From assembly GCA_002419025.1 (NCBI GenBank), contig DIFG01000005.1, forward strand, positions 56,928-112,120: a DNA stretch of 55,193 nucleotides, in the 5' to 3' direction. The position numbers were made by a program, and so were the translations under genes. This document shows positions 25,139 through 36,188 of this stretch, piece after piece. How positions within the stretch are numbered: position 1 is the stretch's first letter; the number at the start of each line of letters is the position of its first letter. This DNA is from Deltaproteobacteria bacterium UBA5754. GTDB lineage: Bacteria; Desulfobacterota; Dissulfuribacteria; Dissulfuribacterales; UBA5754. The notes under the pieces were generated by a model. It searched no databases and was not told the DNA's origin. It worked only from the letters and a program-made list of their open reading frames with translations.

Positions 25139-26626
25139 ATGGCACTTACGAGTTCTCTTTATTCGGGCGTCAGCGGGCTTGTGAACATGGGAAACGCCAT
25201 GCAGGTGATAGGCGACAACATCTCGAACGTGAACACCACTGGGTTCAAGGGCGCGCGGGCGACCTTCCAGGACATCATGGCCCAGTCCATAAATACGGCC
25301 CGAGGAGGCTCACAGGTGGGTCGGGGTTCATCCATGTCCGATGTGGCACCGCTCTTCATTCAGGGATCCTTCGAGAGCACGTCCTCACCCACGGATCTTG
25401 CCATCGCGGGAAACGGCTTCTACATCCTTTCTAACCCCCGCATGGAGAACAGCCTCTACTACTCCCGGGCCGGTCAGTTTTCCCTTGACCAGTACGGCTA
25501 TTTCGTGAACCCGGCCGGCCTCAGGGTCCAGGGCTGGGGGATGGAGACCCAGCCAGACGGTTCAGCCGAGATCGTGGGGGCCATCGGGGACATACAGGTC
25601 TCGAATTCCTCGCCTCCGGTGGCCACAAGCCAGGCCACGGTCGCCGTGAACCTCGACAGCCGGATCACGGGGCCGGTGAGCCCGTCGAATCTTGACGCGG
25701 ACTGGGCTGCCAACAACGGGAGCCTCACCCCGAACGTGCACTATGAGTACAAGACGACGTTCAACGTCTTCGACAGCCTCGGAAATGACCATGAACTGGG
25801 TGTCTACTTCGACCGGACGGCGAACGAGCGGGAATGGGAGTTTCTCGTCACCATGAACCCGGCGGATGACAGGAGCGCGGCAGCCGGGACCCCGAATGCC
25901 GGGATGCTAATGAGGGGCTTTGTTTCATTCACGCCCCAGGGCCAGATCGACAGCATCCATGGGACCAGCGGGACGCCGGGAACACCGACCCAGAGGTTCA
26001 ACAACGGGGCATGGGAGGATGCGGATTTTGGCGATCACAATTATCCCCAAATGGTGGGTTTCTTCCTTCCTCCCACAGGAACCGTGGATCCGACCACCGG
26101 TCAGGACATATCGGCCCAGATCATGGAGTTCAACCTGGGGGCGCAAGCCACCCTCGATCGATCCACCACGCCCCCCACCATCACGGCCTGGAATACCGAG
26201 GCCATCTCGACGACACAGTACGCCAACCGTTCGAGTACCCTTTTCTATGACCAGAACGGTTTCGGCTCCGGATTTCTCGAGTCCATGAACGTGGATTCCG
26301 AGGGGATCATCTCAGGGAGCTACTCTAACGGCCGCATCATCCAGCTTGCCCAGGTGGCACTCGCCCGTTTCAACAGCCCGGTCGATCTTGCGAAAGAGGG
26401 GGGGAACCTCTGGAGGGAGACCACGGCCTCGGGTGCGCCTATCACTGGCCCGCCCCGGACGAACGGCCTCGGCTCCATTGCCGCAAACGCCCTCGAACAG
26501 TCGACGGTGGACATCGGAACCGAGTTCGTGCGCATGATCACGACCCAGCGGGCGTTCCAGGCCAATTCCCGGGTCATCACGACCACGGACGAGATGTTGA
26601 ACGAGCTTCTGACCATGAAGCGGTAA
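25139..26626 (+). CDS. flgE: Flagellar hook protein FlgE
   Basis: N-terminal MALTSSLYSGVSGLVNMGNAMQVIGDNISNVNTTGFKG and C-terminal VRMITTQRAFQANSRVITTTDEMLNELL. Confidence 0.92.
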   Translation: MALTSSLYSGVSGLVNMGNAMQVIGDNISNVNTTGFKGARATFQDIMAQSINTARGGSQVGRGSSMSDVAPLFIQGSFESTSSPTDLAIAGNGFYILSNPRMENSLYYSRAGQFSLDQYGYFVNPAGLRVQGWGMETQPDGSAEIVGAIGDIQVSNSSPPVATSQATVAVNLDSRITGPVSPSNLDADWAANNGSLTPNVHYEYKTTFNVFDSLGNDHELGVYFDRTANEREWEFLVTMNPADDRSAAAGTPNAGMLMRGFVSFTPQGQIDSIHGTSGTPGTPTQRFNNGAWEDADFGDHNYPQMVGFFLPPTGTVDPTTGQDISAQIMEFNLGAQATLDRSTTPPTITAWNTEAISTTQYANRSSTLFYDQNGFGSGFLESMNVDSEGIISGSYSNGRIIQLAQVALARFNSPVDLAKEGGNLWRETTASGAPITGPPRTNGLGSIAANALEQSTVDIGTEFVRMITTQRAFQANSRVITTTDEMLNELLTMKR

Positions 26627-26636
26627 TCCCTCCTTC

Positions 26637-26662
26637 CCGGCCTCCGGCCCTCCGGAGGCCGG
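26637..26662 (+). terminator. GC-rich hairpin after flgE (candidate terminator)
   Basis: CCGGCCTCCGG-ccct-CCGGAGGCCGG starts 10 nt after the flgE stop. The T-run (GATTTTT) lies about 20 nt further on, so this is not a textbook intrinsic terminator. Confidence 0.45.
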
Positions 26663-26798
26663 TGGCTCCATCCGATTTTTGATGGGTTACCAATGATTTT
26701 CTTGCAATCCTCCTGTCCCTTGGGTAAGAAAGGGGGGCGGTTTTACGGGTTTTCCACCCAAAAGGGGTCCCCGATTCCCATCCTGAGGAGCAGGACTT

Positions 26799-29375
26799 AT
26801 GCCCAAGGGCTTGCGCTGGAGGGTCGGCCTCATGGCCGTCCTTGTCCTTTTTGCCTTCATCCTTTCCTACCCGTCACTCGGCAGGGGTGTGCCCGAGTGG
26901 TTCAAGTCTGTTTTCTATGGGGAGGGGATGAAGCTCGGTCTGGATCTTCAGGGCGGGATGCACCTCATCCTCCGCGTGGACGTGGAGCAGGCCGTCAGGA
27001 ATTCCTTGACCCTTTCCACCAATGACCTCAAGGATGTCCTGGTTCAGAAAGGGGTCACGCCCGTCATTCGTCCGTCGGATGACCCTGAGCGGGTGGTCTT
27101 TGCGCTTCCCAACCGGGATGCGGTCGCCAAGGTCAAGGAGGTCGTCTCCTCCGAGTTTCCCAATCTTGAAATAACGCATGTTGCAGATGAATGGCGTTTT
27201 CCGATCGTCGAGATCGGCTTGGCCGAGGGGGAAAAGAGATTCATCCGAGAGCACGCGGTGGATCAGTCCCTCGAGATCATTCGAAACCGCATCGATCAGT
27301 TCGGGGTCGCGGAACCTGTGATCGTCCGGCAGGGCAAGGAGGAGATCGTCGTCCAGCTCCCAGGAGTCAGGGACCCGGAGAGGGCGCTCAAGCTCATAGG
27401 TCAGACGGCCCAGCTTTCCTTTAAGCTCGTGGACGACGAGTCAGGGGTGGATGTGGCGCGCCTGGTCCGTGAGGCCATTTCCTCCGGAAGGCTCCCGGCC
27501 GATCCGGATGCAAGGAGTCTGAACGAGGCCCTTCGTGGGCTCATCCCAAGGGACGACGAGGTCCTTTTCCTCCGGGAAGAGGACAAGGCCACTGGCACGG
27601 TGAAAAAGACCCCGATCCTCCTCAAAAGCCGCTCCCTCATGACCGGGGACGCGGTCAAGACCGCCCATGTCATGATCGGAGGCCAGTTCAACGAGCCCTA
27701 CGTCTCCCTCGAGCTGACCGGGCGGGGGGCAAAGCTCTTCGAGAAGATCACGGAAGAAAACGTGGGAAGGCGTCTTGCCATTGTCCTTGACGACGTGGTC
27801 CGATCCGCACCGGTGATCCGCGAGAGGATCGCGGGAGGGCAGGCCCAGATCTCCGGGTCCTTCACCCACGAGGAGGCCTCAGACCTGGCCATCGTCCTCC
27901 GGGCAGGGGCCCTTCCCGCTCCGGTCCAGATCATCCAGAACGTGACGGTCGGTCCTTCACTCGGCCGGGATTCCATCCAAAAGGGTCTCGTTTCAGGCCT
28001 TATAGGGGCCTCCCTGGTCCTCGTCTTCATGATCGTCTATTACCGGCTCTCCGGTCTCATCGCCGATGTGGCCATGTTCCTGAACATCCTTTTTCTCTTC
28101 GCGGTCCTGTCCCTGTTCCACGCGACCCTCACCCTTCCCGGGATCGCCGGCATCATACTCACCATTGGAATGGGGGTGGACTCGAACGTGCTTATCTTAG
28201 AGCGCATGCGGGAGGAAAAGGCCCTGGGCAAACCCGTCAAGGCCTATATCGACAGCGGCTACGACAAGGCCTTCTGGTCCATCGTGGACGCCCATGTGAC
28301 CACCCTCATCACGGCCTTCGCCCTTTTCCTCTTTGGCACAGGGCCGGTCAAGGGTTTTGCTGTGACACTTTCGACAGGTATCGTCATCAACCTCTTCACG
28401 GCCATCTTCGGAACCAGGATCGTCTATGACTGGCTCTATTTCAAGGGATTCCTTCGAGACATCTCCTTTCTTCGCATCCTCCAGGAGACACACATCGACT
28501 TCATGGGCCTTCGAAAGGCCGCGTACGTCGTCTCAGGGCTCCTTGCAGCGATTGGTCTTGTGGCCTTTCTCCAGATCCTTCGGGGCGAGGCCAACTTGGG
28601 GGTGGATTTTTCCGGCGGGGGCATGATCCAGTACAAGGCGGACAGGCCCTTTTCCCTCGACAAGATCCGGACGGCCCTGGAAGGTGCGGGCATCTCCGGC
28701 TATACCCTTCAGGATGTGCCTGGGGAAAACATCCTCCTCGTTCGCGTGAAGCAGACAGGCGAGACGGTCGAAGGAATGGAGACACGGGTCACGGAGGCCC
28801 TCTCCCAGGCCGTTCCCGAGACCTCGTTTGTCCTCGAGAGCAAGTCCGAGATCGGATCCACCGTGAGCAAGGACCTTCGAAACAAGGCCCTTCTTGCCAT
28901 CGCCATCTCCCTGGCCGGTATCGTCTGTTACCTCGCCTTCCGTTTCAACCTGATCTTTGGCGTGGCCGCGGCAGTGGCCACATTTCATGACGTCCTCGCC
29001 GTGCTCGGCGTCTGTTATCTCATGGACATCGAGATCACGCTTCTCATCGTGACGGCACTTCTCACCATTGCGGGCTATTCCCTCACGGACACGGTCGTGG
29101 TCTTTGACCGTATTCGTGAGACCATCAGAAAGGCCCCCAAGCTTACCTTTAGCGAAATAATCAACAAGAGCGTTAATGACATGTTGGCCCGGACCGTGAT
29201 CGCTTCCCTCACGACCCTTTTTGTTGCTGTCATCCTTTTCATCACGGGCGGGGTGGTTATTCGGGATTTTGCCTTTGCCGTGACCATCGGGGTACTCGTG
29301 GGTACGTATTCTTCGGTCTTTGTGGCAAGCCCCATCGTCCACGCCCTGTACAAGGGCGCGGTTCCAGAGACCTGA
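26799..29375 (+). CDS. secDF: Fused protein-export membrane protein SecDF
   Basis: The 858-aa protein has a SecD-type periplasmic domain and six TM helices ([12 protein letters not shown]...[17 protein letters not shown]). A SecF half follows ([13 protein letters not shown]...[19 protein letters not shown]). Confidence 0.92.
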   Translation: MPKGLRWRVGLMAVLVLFAFILSYPSLGRGVPEWFKSVFYGEGMKLGLDLQGGMHLILRVDVEQAVRNSLTLSTNDLKDVLVQKGVTPVIRPSDDPERVVFALPNRDAVAKVKEVVSSEFPNLEITHVADEWRFPIVEIGLAEGEKRFIREHAVDQSLEIIRNRIDQFGVAEPVIVRQGKEEIVVQLPGVRDPERALKLIGQTAQLSFKLVDDESGVDVARLVREAISSGRLPADPDARSLNEALRGLIPRDDEVLFLREEDKATGTVKKTPILLKSRSLMTGDAVKTAHVMIGGQFNEPYVSLELTGRGAKLFEKITEENVGRRLAIVLDDVVRSAPVIRERIAGGQAQISGSFTHEEASDLAIVLRAGALPAPVQIIQNVTVGPSLGRDSIQKGLVSGLIGASLVLVFMIVYYRLSGLIADVAMFLNILFLFAVLSLFHATLTLPGIAGIILTIGMGVDSNVLILERMREEKALGKPVKAYIDSGYDKAFWSIVDAHVTTLITAFALFLFGTGPVKGFAVTLSTGIVINLFTAIFGTRIVYDWLYFKGFLRDISFLRILQETHIDFMGLRKAAYVVSGLLAAIGLVAFLQILRGEANLGVDFSGGGMIQYKADRPFSLDKIRTALEGAGISGYTLQDVPGENILLVRVKQTGETVEGMETRVTEALSQAVPETSFVLESKSEIGSTVSKDLRNKALLAIAISLAGIVCYLAFRFNLIFGVAAAVATFHDVLAVLGVCYLMDIEITLLIVTALLTIAGYSLTDTVVVFDRIRETIRKAPKLTFSEIINKSVNDMLARTVIASLTTLFVAVILFITGGVVIRDFAFAVTIGVLVGTYSSVFVASPIVHALYKGAVPET

Positions 29376-29385
29376 TGGCAGCGGA

Positions 29386-30651
29386 ATGGAACAGCTCGTC
29401 ATAGACGGGAGACGCCAGCTCTCAGGGAAGGTCAGGATCAGCGGGGCCAAGAACGCCGCCCTTCCCTGCTTGGCTGCTACCCTGCTTGCCGGAGGGAACT
29501 TTAGACTTTCAAACGTCCCGGTTCTCCGGGACGTGAAGACCTTTCTCCAGCTCCTCGAGGGAATGGGGACGACCGTCTCAAGGGAAGGCGGGACCGTTTC
29601 CCTTGACTCCAGCAAGCTCTCCGGGCTTGATGCCCCGTATGAACTCGTTCGCACCATGAGGGCCTCAGTCCTCGTGCTCGGCCCGCTTCTTGCCAGGTGC
29701 GGGAAGGCCAGGGTGTCCCTTCCTGGGGGGTGCGCCATCGGGGCCAGGCCCATCGACATCCATCTCAAGGGCCTCGAGCTCATGGGGGCCCGCATCGAAC
29801 TCAAAGAGGGTTACGTAGAGGCCAAGGCGCGCAGGCTTGAAGGCGCCCTCATCTCCTGCGACATCCCCACAGTGACCGGTACAGAGAACCTCATGATGGC
29901 CGCGGCCCTGGCCAAGGGCAGGACGACCATCAAGAATGCGGCCCGGGAGCCTGAGGTCGTGGCCCTCGGGGAGATGCTCATGGACATGGGGGCGCGGATT
30001 CGGGGGCTCGGGACCGCGAATCTCGAGATCGAAGGCGTAAAGGAACTCTCGCCTGTTTCGCTGGAGGTCATACCGGACCGGATAGAGGCTGGCACTTACA
30101 TTATGGCCGCAGGGGCCGCAGGTGGCGAGGTCATCCTCGAGGGTGTGACGCCGGGCCACCTACAGGCGGTCATGGCCAAGCTTCGCGAGGCCGGGCTTAC
30201 CATCGACGAGGACGGAAACAGGATCAGGGCGCGCAGGCGCGGGCAGCTCCATAGCGTGGATGTGAAGACCTCGCCCTATCCGGGATTTCCGACAGACCTC
30301 CAGGCCCAGTTCATGGTGCTCATGGCTATTGCCAAGGGCCTCAGCGTCATCACGGAGACCATCTTCGAAAACCGTTTCATGCACGTTGCCGAACTCGCTC
30401 GCATGGGGGCGGATATCGTGGTCGAGGGCCGGAGCGCCATCGTTCGCGGCGGCGTGGAGCTGACAGGCGCCCCTGTCATGGCTACGGATCTTCGGGCAAG
30501 CGCCTCCCTCGTGCTTGCTGGACTCGCGGCCCGGGGCACGACTATCATCAACCGCGTCTATCATCTGGATCGAGGCTATGAATGTATGGAGGAAAAGCTC
30601 TCAGCCCTTGGGGCGCACATTCGAAGGGAGCGTTCCCCAACCCCTTATTGA
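29386..30651 (+). CDS. murA: UDP-N-acetylglucosamine 1-carboxyvinyltransferase
   Basis: Contains [27 protein letters not shown] and overall MurA sequence. The ATG at 29386 is preferred over the ORF-track start, which overlaps secDF. Confidence 0.95.
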   Translation: MEQLVIDGRRQLSGKVRISGAKNAALPCLAATLLAGGNFRLSNVPVLRDVKTFLQLLEGMGTTVSREGGTVSLDSSKLSGLDAPYELVRTMRASVLVLGPLLARCGKARVSLPGGCAIGARPIDIHLKGLELMGARIELKEGYVEAKARRLEGALISCDIPTVTGTENLMMAAALAKGRTTIKNAAREPEVVALGEMLMDMGARIRGLGTANLEIEGVKELSPVSLEVIPDRIEAGTYIMAAGAAGGEVILEGVTPGHLQAVMAKLREAGLTIDEDGNRIRARRRGQLHSVDVKTSPYPGFPTDLQAQFMVLMAIAKGLSVITETIFENRFMHVAELARMGADIVVEGRSAIVRGGVELTGAPVMATDLRASASLVLAGLAARGTTIINRVYHLDRGYECMEEKLSALGAHIRRERSPTPY

Positions 30652-30652
30652 T

Positions 30653-31678
30653 ATGGATCTTTTAGACCCCTACGGACGTTTGATTTCCTATCTCCGGCTT
30701 TCTGTTACCGACAGGTGCAATCTGCGCTGCATTTATTGCATGCCGCATGGAGATTTCTCCTGGATTCCACACGCGGAGATCCTTCGCTACGAAGAGATCC
30801 TTCTTATCTGCGAGGCCCTTTCCCGTCTTGGCGTGAGAAAGATCCGCCTCACCGGAGGGGAACCCCTTGTGCGTAAAGACCTTGTGGATCTTGCAGGAAG
30901 ACTCGCCCGCATGGACGGGATCGGTGAGATCTGCATCACGACTAACGGGCTCCTCCTCGAAAGGTATGCGGCCTCCCTTCTGGAGGCGGGAGTAACCCAT
31001 GTGAATATCAGCCTCGATACCCTCCGACCCGAGCGATTTGCCGCCATCACCGGACGGGATGCCTTTGCCTTGGCATGGCGAGGGATCGAAAAGGCCCTTG
31101 AGGTCGGATTTCCCCGCATCAAACTGAACGCGGTGGTCATGCGGGGAATAAACGAGGACGAGGTCGTGGATCTTGCCAGACTCTCTCTCTCCTCTCCCAT
31201 AGAAGTCAGGTTCATAGAGTTCATGCCCATTGGTACCTGCTCGTCCTGGGAACAGCGCCGGGTCGTTACGTGCGAGGAGATCAAGACGCTCGTGGAAGAG
31301 GCACTGGGCCCCCTTGAACCCCATTGTTCAGCAAAGGACTCTGGGCCGGCTCGGATCTACTCCACCTCGGGAGCGCCCGGAAACCTTGGATTCATAAGTC
31401 CCCTGAGCCGACATTTCTGCGCGACCTGTAACCGTATCCGCATCACACCTGACGGCAGGCTTCGTCTGTGCCTTTTCTCCGATGAGGAGCTGGATATAAA
31501 GGGGATGATACGGAGTAGGGATGGCGGGGACCCAGAGGAGTCCATCCTTCGTCTCGTGGCCTTTTTTCAGGACGCCATCCAAAAAAAACCCGCCGGACAC
31601 ACGGTCGGTCTTGGCAAGGAGGGAAAGCCTGCGGACGGGGGGAGATGCGTGCGCGGCATGTCACGTATCGGAGGCTGA
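30653..31678 (+). CDS. moaA: GTP 3',8-cyclase (molybdenum cofactor biosynthesis protein A)
   Basis: Contains YLRLSVTDRCNLRCIYCMP (radical SAM cluster) and a C-terminal CATCNRIRITPDGRLRLCL. The ATG lies 1 nt after the murA stop. Confidence 0.92.
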   Translation: MDLLDPYGRLISYLRLSVTDRCNLRCIYCMPHGDFSWIPHAEILRYEEILLICEALSRLGVRKIRLTGGEPLVRKDLVDLAGRLARMDGIGEICITTNGLLLERYAASLLEAGVTHVNISLDTLRPERFAAITGRDAFALAWRGIEKALEVGFPRIKLNAVVMRGINEDEVVDLARLSLSSPIEVRFIEFMPIGTCSSWEQRRVVTCEEIKTLVEEALGPLEPHCSAKDSGPARIYSTSGAPGNLGFISPLSRHFCATCNRIRITPDGRLRLCLFSDEELDIKGMIRSRDGGDPEESILRLVAFFQDAIQKKPAGHTVGLGKEGKPADGGRCVRGMSRIGG

Positions 31679-31706
31679 AGCAAGGAGGCAGGGGTAGGGA
31701 GAAGCC

Positions 31707-32645
31707 ATGAAAAAGAAGATAGCTTTTGTCTTTCCTGGGCAGGGATCCCAGTATGTGGGCATGGGTAAGGCCTTGGCAGAGGGGGCTGGAGCGCCGGCGG
31801 AGGTCTTTTCCCTCGCGGCGGAGGTCTCCGGCATCCCGGTTCGTCGGCTTTGCATCGAGGGGCCTATGGAAGAGCTCACAGAGACACGGAATCTCCAGGT
31901 CTGTCTCGCCGCTGTTGAGATCGCCGCCTTTTTCGCCGCCCGGGAGGCGGGCCTTGAGGCCGGTGCGGTCGCTGGTCACAGCCTTGGGGAATGCACGGCC
32001 CTTTTTGCCGCAGGCGTCCTCGATCTTGCGGATACGTTTGCTCTCGTGGCAGAGCGCGGGCGCCTCATGGACGAGGCCGCCCGCACGAACCCTGGCGCCA
32101 TGGCCGCGATCATCGGGCTGTCGCGCCAGGAGATAGAGGGCCTCATGGAACCCATTTCGAAAAAGGGGATACTTGCCCTTGCGAACCACAACTCACCTGA
32201 GCAGATCGTTGCCACCGGGGAAAAGGCCCTGGTCGAAGAGCTTTGCCAGGCCGTCAAGGAAAAAGGGAAAAAAGGGATAATTCTCAAGGTCTCTGGGGCC
32301 TACCACAGCCCCATGATGGAAGGACCCGCCCGGGAATTTGCGAGGATCCTGGATCGAGTGGATTTCCGACCGGCGAAGGTCCCCTTTTACAGCAACGTGA
32401 GTGCCATGGCCGAGACCGATCCGGAAAGGATCAGGTCCCTTCTCGCCCGTCAAATGGTCTCTCCGGTCCGCTGGTACGAGATCGTGACTGGAATGAAGAA
32501 GGACGGGGTGGAGGCCTTCGTCGAGCTCGGCCCCAAGAACGTCCTTGCAAACCTGGTGAAGAAGTGTATCCCCGAGGGGGATATCCAGGTCTTCGCCGTC
32601 GAGGATCCCAAGGGGATCAAGGAGTGCACCGCAGCGCTTTTTTAG
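31707..32645 (+). CDS. fabD: Malonyl-CoA:ACP transacylase
   Basis: Motifs AFVFPGQGSQYVGMG, GHSLGE and SGAYHSPMM. Confidence 0.93.
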   Translation: MKKKIAFVFPGQGSQYVGMGKALAEGAGAPAEVFSLAAEVSGIPVRRLCIEGPMEELTETRNLQVCLAAVEIAAFFAAREAGLEAGAVAGHSLGECTALFAAGVLDLADTFALVAERGRLMDEAARTNPGAMAAIIGLSRQEIEGLMEPISKKGILALANHNSPEQIVATGEKALVEELCQAVKEKGKKGIILKVSGAYHSPMMEGPAREFARILDRVDFRPAKVPFYSNVSAMAETDPERIRSLLARQMVSPVRWYEIVTGMKKDGVEAFVELGPKNVLANLVKKCIPEGDIQVFAVEDPKGIKECTAALF

Positions 32646-32646
32646 A

Positions 32647-32717
32647 TTTTCTCTGTGTCCTCTGTGCCCTCTGTGGTGAGATATAAATCAATCTGGTTGC
32701 TTGTATCACATTGAGAG
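32647..32717 (+). repeat. Two-block intergenic repeat, copy 1 (family 3), at the distal end of the T2SS locus
   Basis: TTTTCTCTGTGTCCTCTGTG, then an extra CCCTCTGTGGTGAGAT, then ATAAATCAATCTGGTTGCTTGTATCACATTGAGAG. It matches 43703-43755 in the same orientation. Confidence 0.7.
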
Positions 32718-32736
32718 AGGCAGGTTGAGAGGATCC

Positions 32737-33522
32737 TCAGGGAGTACCGCCCTGTTCCTTTTTGAATATTTGAGAAAAGGGGCTTGCCGGTCTGGGGACG
32801 TTTCCGGGAAGGGAGCGTGCGGAGGGGACTGGTGCCCCGGCGCTGACCGGAGGTTCGGGTGGTACTGCTCCCTGGGGGGTGTCCTCCGGGGGCCGGGCAT
32901 TGATCGGCGGGGATGTTTCCGATTCATGCACAGCAGGATTGCTGGGCATGTCCTGTGGAGTCGGAGACTTGGCCGGAAGCGGAAGAAGAGCGGGTCTAGC
33001 GCGGGGTGTCTGGATACCGACGGGCGCCGTGGCCTTCCGATCCGTCTTTTCCGAATCGAAAAGGGTGATATGGATCCGTTCGTCTCCTGAGACCAGGATG
33101 ACGTTTTTGTCCTTGATATCCTCGACCTGCCAGCCATCGACCCGGTCCCCGACCGTGACCGACAGTATCCTGTCTTCTTTCGGTTGTGTCTGGGGACCGG
33201 CGGCAGGTCGTCGCAATGGCTTTCCTGTCTGTTTTTCGTCCGATGATTGGAGAAATGCGATCCGGGTGGTGCCTGACATGACCGTTCCGTACAGATGATA
33301 GCGTTTTTTGACATCTTCTCCTGCAGAGATGAACTCTCCTGTTGCAGAGATGAACCCTCCCGTCTCCCCGCTGTCCGAGATCTTCCTGGAAGGATCAAAT
33401 GGATCTTTTTGAACAATGACCTCGTAGGGACCCAGATCCTGGTCTGCAGCCTCACAGTACCCTGCATCGAGTAAGAGAGATGCGGAAAATACGAGTATTG
33501 CAGGGGTGAACACCCTTTTCAT
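32737..33522 (-). CDS. Secreted GspC/PilP-like secretin-associated protein with Pro-rich C-terminal tail
   Basis: Signal peptide MKRVFTPAILVFSASLLLDA. The segment YHLYGTVMSGTTRIAFLQ...VTVGDRVDGWQVEDIKDKNVILVSGDERIHITL resembles the HR domain of GspC/PilP. The ATG overlaps the gspD stop (ATGA). Assignment rests on position and pattern only. Confidence 0.5.
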   Translation of the reverse strand: MKRVFTPAILVFSASLLLDAGYCEAADQDLGPYEVIVQKDPFDPSRKISDSGETGGFISATGEFISAGEDVKKRYHLYGTVMSGTTRIAFLQSSDEKQTGKPLRRPAAGPQTQPKEDRILSVTVGDRVDGWQVEDIKDKNVILVSGDERIHITLFDSEKTDRKATAPVGIQTPRARPALLPLPAKSPTPQDMPSNPAVHESETSPPINARPPEDTPQGAVPPEPPVSAGAPVPSARSLPGNVPRPASPFSQIFKKEQGGTP

Positions 33523-35630
33523 GGACGGGTTTCCTCTGGGAGTGGAGTGAGGGTGAGCCCTGATTCCTCTTCAGATGGAACGGGTCTTTTGGAGATAATG
33601 TCCTTAAGGGCCTCCACGCGTTCGGTGAATTCCCGCGTGAGGGCGTCCGCCTGTTCTCGGGACTGTATGACATGGGGGGTGATGACAAAAATGAGTTCAG
33701 TCTTCTCGTTCTTGAACCCGGAGCTCCCGAAGACATGGCCGAGGATGGGGATGTCCTTCAGGATCGGGATACCGGTTTTTGTCTTGGTGCGTTGGGTCTG
33801 CATGAGACCGCCGGTCACGATGGTCTGGCCGTCCTGGACGACGAGGTATGTGGTCGCCTTTCTTGTCAGGAAGGCCGGAGAGGTGATGCCCTTGGTGTCT
33901 ATCTCCGTGATGGAACTCGATTCCTGGGTGAGCTCCATGCGGACGAGGCCGTTGCTGTTGATGTAGGGCGTGACCTTGAGGATGACCCCGGCGTTTCTGT
34001 ACTGGATGGACTGGGTGGTGGTGCCGCCCTCGGTGACGGTCGTTCCGGTAAGTGTCGGCATGTCCGTTCCCACCTCTATGCTCGATTCCTGGTTGTCCAC
34101 GGCAAGGATGTTTGGAGCGGAAAGGATGTTGACGTCAGTCTTGGACGCCAGGAGACGGATGAGGGCACGAAGCCCTCCGGCGCTGTCAAAAAGGCTGTAG
34201 GCGAAACCAGGGATTCCCTGCCCGAGGGGGGTGTCCACAGAGGAGGTGATTCCGTTGTCGAGGGTGATGTTTGCCGAATAGCTTTTCCCGTCAAGTTTGA
34301 TCCCTTTGTTTTTGATAAACCATTCCACCCCGTATTCGATATCTTTTTGGAGGGTGACATCCACAATGAGCATCTCGATGAGGACCTGACGGGGAAGGAT
34401 GTCGATCTTCCTGATGACTTCGAGAATGTTGGCGTAATCCCCGGGGCGGGCTCGAATGAGAAGGGCGTTGTTCACCTCGTCCGGGATGATGTCCACCTCT
34501 CCGACCAGCTCTCCGGTTCCGGCCCCGAGCCCGGCCTCGGAGGTAGGCTGGGCCGTCTCCTCGGTGGGCTTGCGTTCGCCCTGCACGAGAACCTGTTTCT
34601 TGTCTGTGCTCTTTTTCGCTGTGCGGCTGAGTCCGTAGATCTGCTGCAGAAGATCGGCGATCTCGGCGGCCTTGCCGTTTTGCACGTAGTAAACCTGGAT
34701 CTCCGAGCCCTTCCCCGGCCTGACCTGATCGAGTTCAGCGATCCAGGTGGCAGCGAGATCCAGGAGTTCGGGCCATCGGGTCACGATAAGGATGGCGTTA
34801 AGGGTCTTCAGGGGCATGGCCTCGAAGCCGCCTGCGTCGAGCCCGGTCCGTCCGGCAAGTCCCTTGCCCTGGAAGATCTTCTGGACATCGGCCCCGATGT
34901 CTTCGACAGAGACGTTTTGCAGGGTGAAGAGCCGCCATTCCAACCCACGAAAGAGGTCCGTGTCCATGAGGGCGATGATCTTTTCGGCCTTTTTTATGTT
35001 TTCAGCCGTGTCCGAGACGATGACCGCGTTCATGGCGGGTTCGGAGAGGACAAGTGCCCCCTGGGAGAGGATCTGGCGGAGGTTGGCCACTAATGTCGCC
35101 GAGGAGATATACCGGAGCTGGAAGACACGGATGACGTCACCTCCGTGGAGGATGTCGCCCCGCCTTGCGATATCGGTTCCCACCTTGGCGCTGTCCGGCT
35201 TTCTGACCACCTTGTAGAGGTCGTCTTCCCCCTTGGTCACCGCGATTCCGTTGATCTGGAGGACGGAGTTGAAGACGCTAAGGAGCCCTTCCTTGGTGTA
35301 ATCACCCTGGATGTGTAGGGAGATGGTCCCTTGGATGGCCGGGTCCACGACATAGTTGTATTGGAGGATCCGGGCAAGGATGAGATCAAGGACGGGATAA
35401 ATGTCCATGGAATCGAGGGAGATGTCGATCTTGCGTTTTTCCCCTGGGCTTGTCCCCTCGAAGGGGGACTTCACCGCTGGATCGGGCGTCTGTGGGACGG
35501 ACTGCTCCTGAAGGGGAGGATCGGCCTCTTCCTGGGCATTAACAGGAAGGACGGCCCCTGAGAAAAACAATGCCACGATGATGAAGATAAGCCCGAGGGC
35601 GTGTCCATACATATGATGGCGGCGTATCAT
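33519..35630 (-). CDS. gspD: Type II secretion system secretin GspD
   Basis: Signal peptide MIRRHHMYGHALGLIFIIVALFFSGAVLPVNAQ, N-domains, and a secretin core (VNILSAPNILAVDNQESSIEVG...IPILKDIPILGHVFG...TELIFVITPHVI). The ATG at 35630 overlaps the gspM stop (ATGA). The ORF-track start at 36122 runs through gspM. Confidence 0.9.
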   Translation of the reverse strand: MIRRHHMYGHALGLIFIIVALFFSGAVLPVNAQEEADPPLQEQSVPQTPDPAVKSPFEGTSPGEKRKIDISLDSMDIYPVLDLILARILQYNYVVDPAIQGTISLHIQGDYTKEGLLSVFNSVLQINGIAVTKGEDDLYKVVRKPDSAKVGTDIARRGDILHGGDVIRVFQLRYISSATLVANLRQILSQGALVLSEPAMNAVIVSDTAENIKKAEKIIALMDTDLFRGLEWRLFTLQNVSVEDIGADVQKIFQGKGLAGRTGLDAGGFEAMPLKTLNAILIVTRWPELLDLAATWIAELDQVRPGKGSEIQVYYVQNGKAAEIADLLQQIYGLSRTAKKSTDKKQVLVQGERKPTEETAQPTSEAGLGAGTGELVGEVDIIPDEVNNALLIRARPGDYANILEVIRKIDILPRQVLIEMLIVDVTLQKDIEYGVEWFIKNKGIKLDGKSYSANITLDNGITSSVDTPLGQGIPGFAYSLFDSAGGLRALIRLLASKTDVNILSAPNILAVDNQESSIEVGTDMPTLTGTTVTEGGTTTQSIQYRNAGVILKVTPYINSNGLVRMELTQESSSITEIDTKGITSPAFLTRKATTYLVVQDGQTIVTGGLMQTQRTKTKTGIPILKDIPILGHVFGSSGFKNEKTELIFVITPHVIQSREQADALTREFTERVEALKDIISKRPVPSEEESGLTLTPLPEETRP

Positions 35631-36187
35631 CCGTTCTGTGCTCCTTCGAGAGAGATCGCCTCGATGGTGATGGTAACTCGAAGATGGGGGTCTCGGCCCA
35701 TCATCTTTGTGACATTTAGGGAGCTGATGCGAAAAACCCCCTTTTCCTGCTCGAGTTTTCGGAGGAAAGAGACGAGTCCCCGGGTTGAGGTCTTGGCGGT
35801 GAGAGTGACGTTGCCGATGGGGTAGGAACGCCATTCCTTTCCGGTGCCCGTCCGATAGGTGATGATCTCGAGGCCCGCTTCGGATGCCTTCTTGAGGGTG
35901 ATGTCCTGGAGCGCCGTTCCAACGGCCTGTGGCGTGGCTCCGGGTAAGAAGGCCCTTTTTATTTCTTCGTATTGCTGTGTGGCCCGGCGCATCTCTTGAT
36001 CCACACTCTGGAGGTCCGCTATGCGGATGGCGAGTTTTCTGGAAGACCGTTCCGCCTTGTCGATGGCATCCGTGAGCTCGGCGAGGCGGCTTGAGATGGG
36101 ATCCCAGGCGAGGGCATACCAAAGGATGGCTGCGATGACAACAAGTCCATAGCGAAAGATGGGGCTTTGTGTCGATGGGCGAGCCAT
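35627..36187 (-). CDS. gspM: GspM/PilO-like bitopic assembly protein
   Basis: One N-terminal TM helix (IFRYGLVVIAAILWYALAW), a coiled coil, and a C-terminal alpha/beta domain. Its position between gspL and gspD supports the call. Confidence 0.6.
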   Translation of the reverse strand: MARPSTQSPIFRYGLVVIAAILWYALAWDPISSRLAELTDAIDKAERSSRKLAIRIADLQSVDQEMRRATQQYEEIKRAFLPGATPQAVGTALQDITLKKASEAGLEIITYRTGTGKEWRSYPIGNVTLTAKTSTRGLVSFLRKLEQEKGVFRISSLNVTKMMGRDPHLRVTITIEAISLEGAQNG

Positions 36188-36188
36188 G

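Noticed and set aside
35631-36122. N-terminal ~160-aa extension of the gspD ORF (track start 36122).
   Set aside because: It runs through the gspM-like gene. The signal-peptide-bearing ATG at 35630 overlaps the upstream stop (ATGA).
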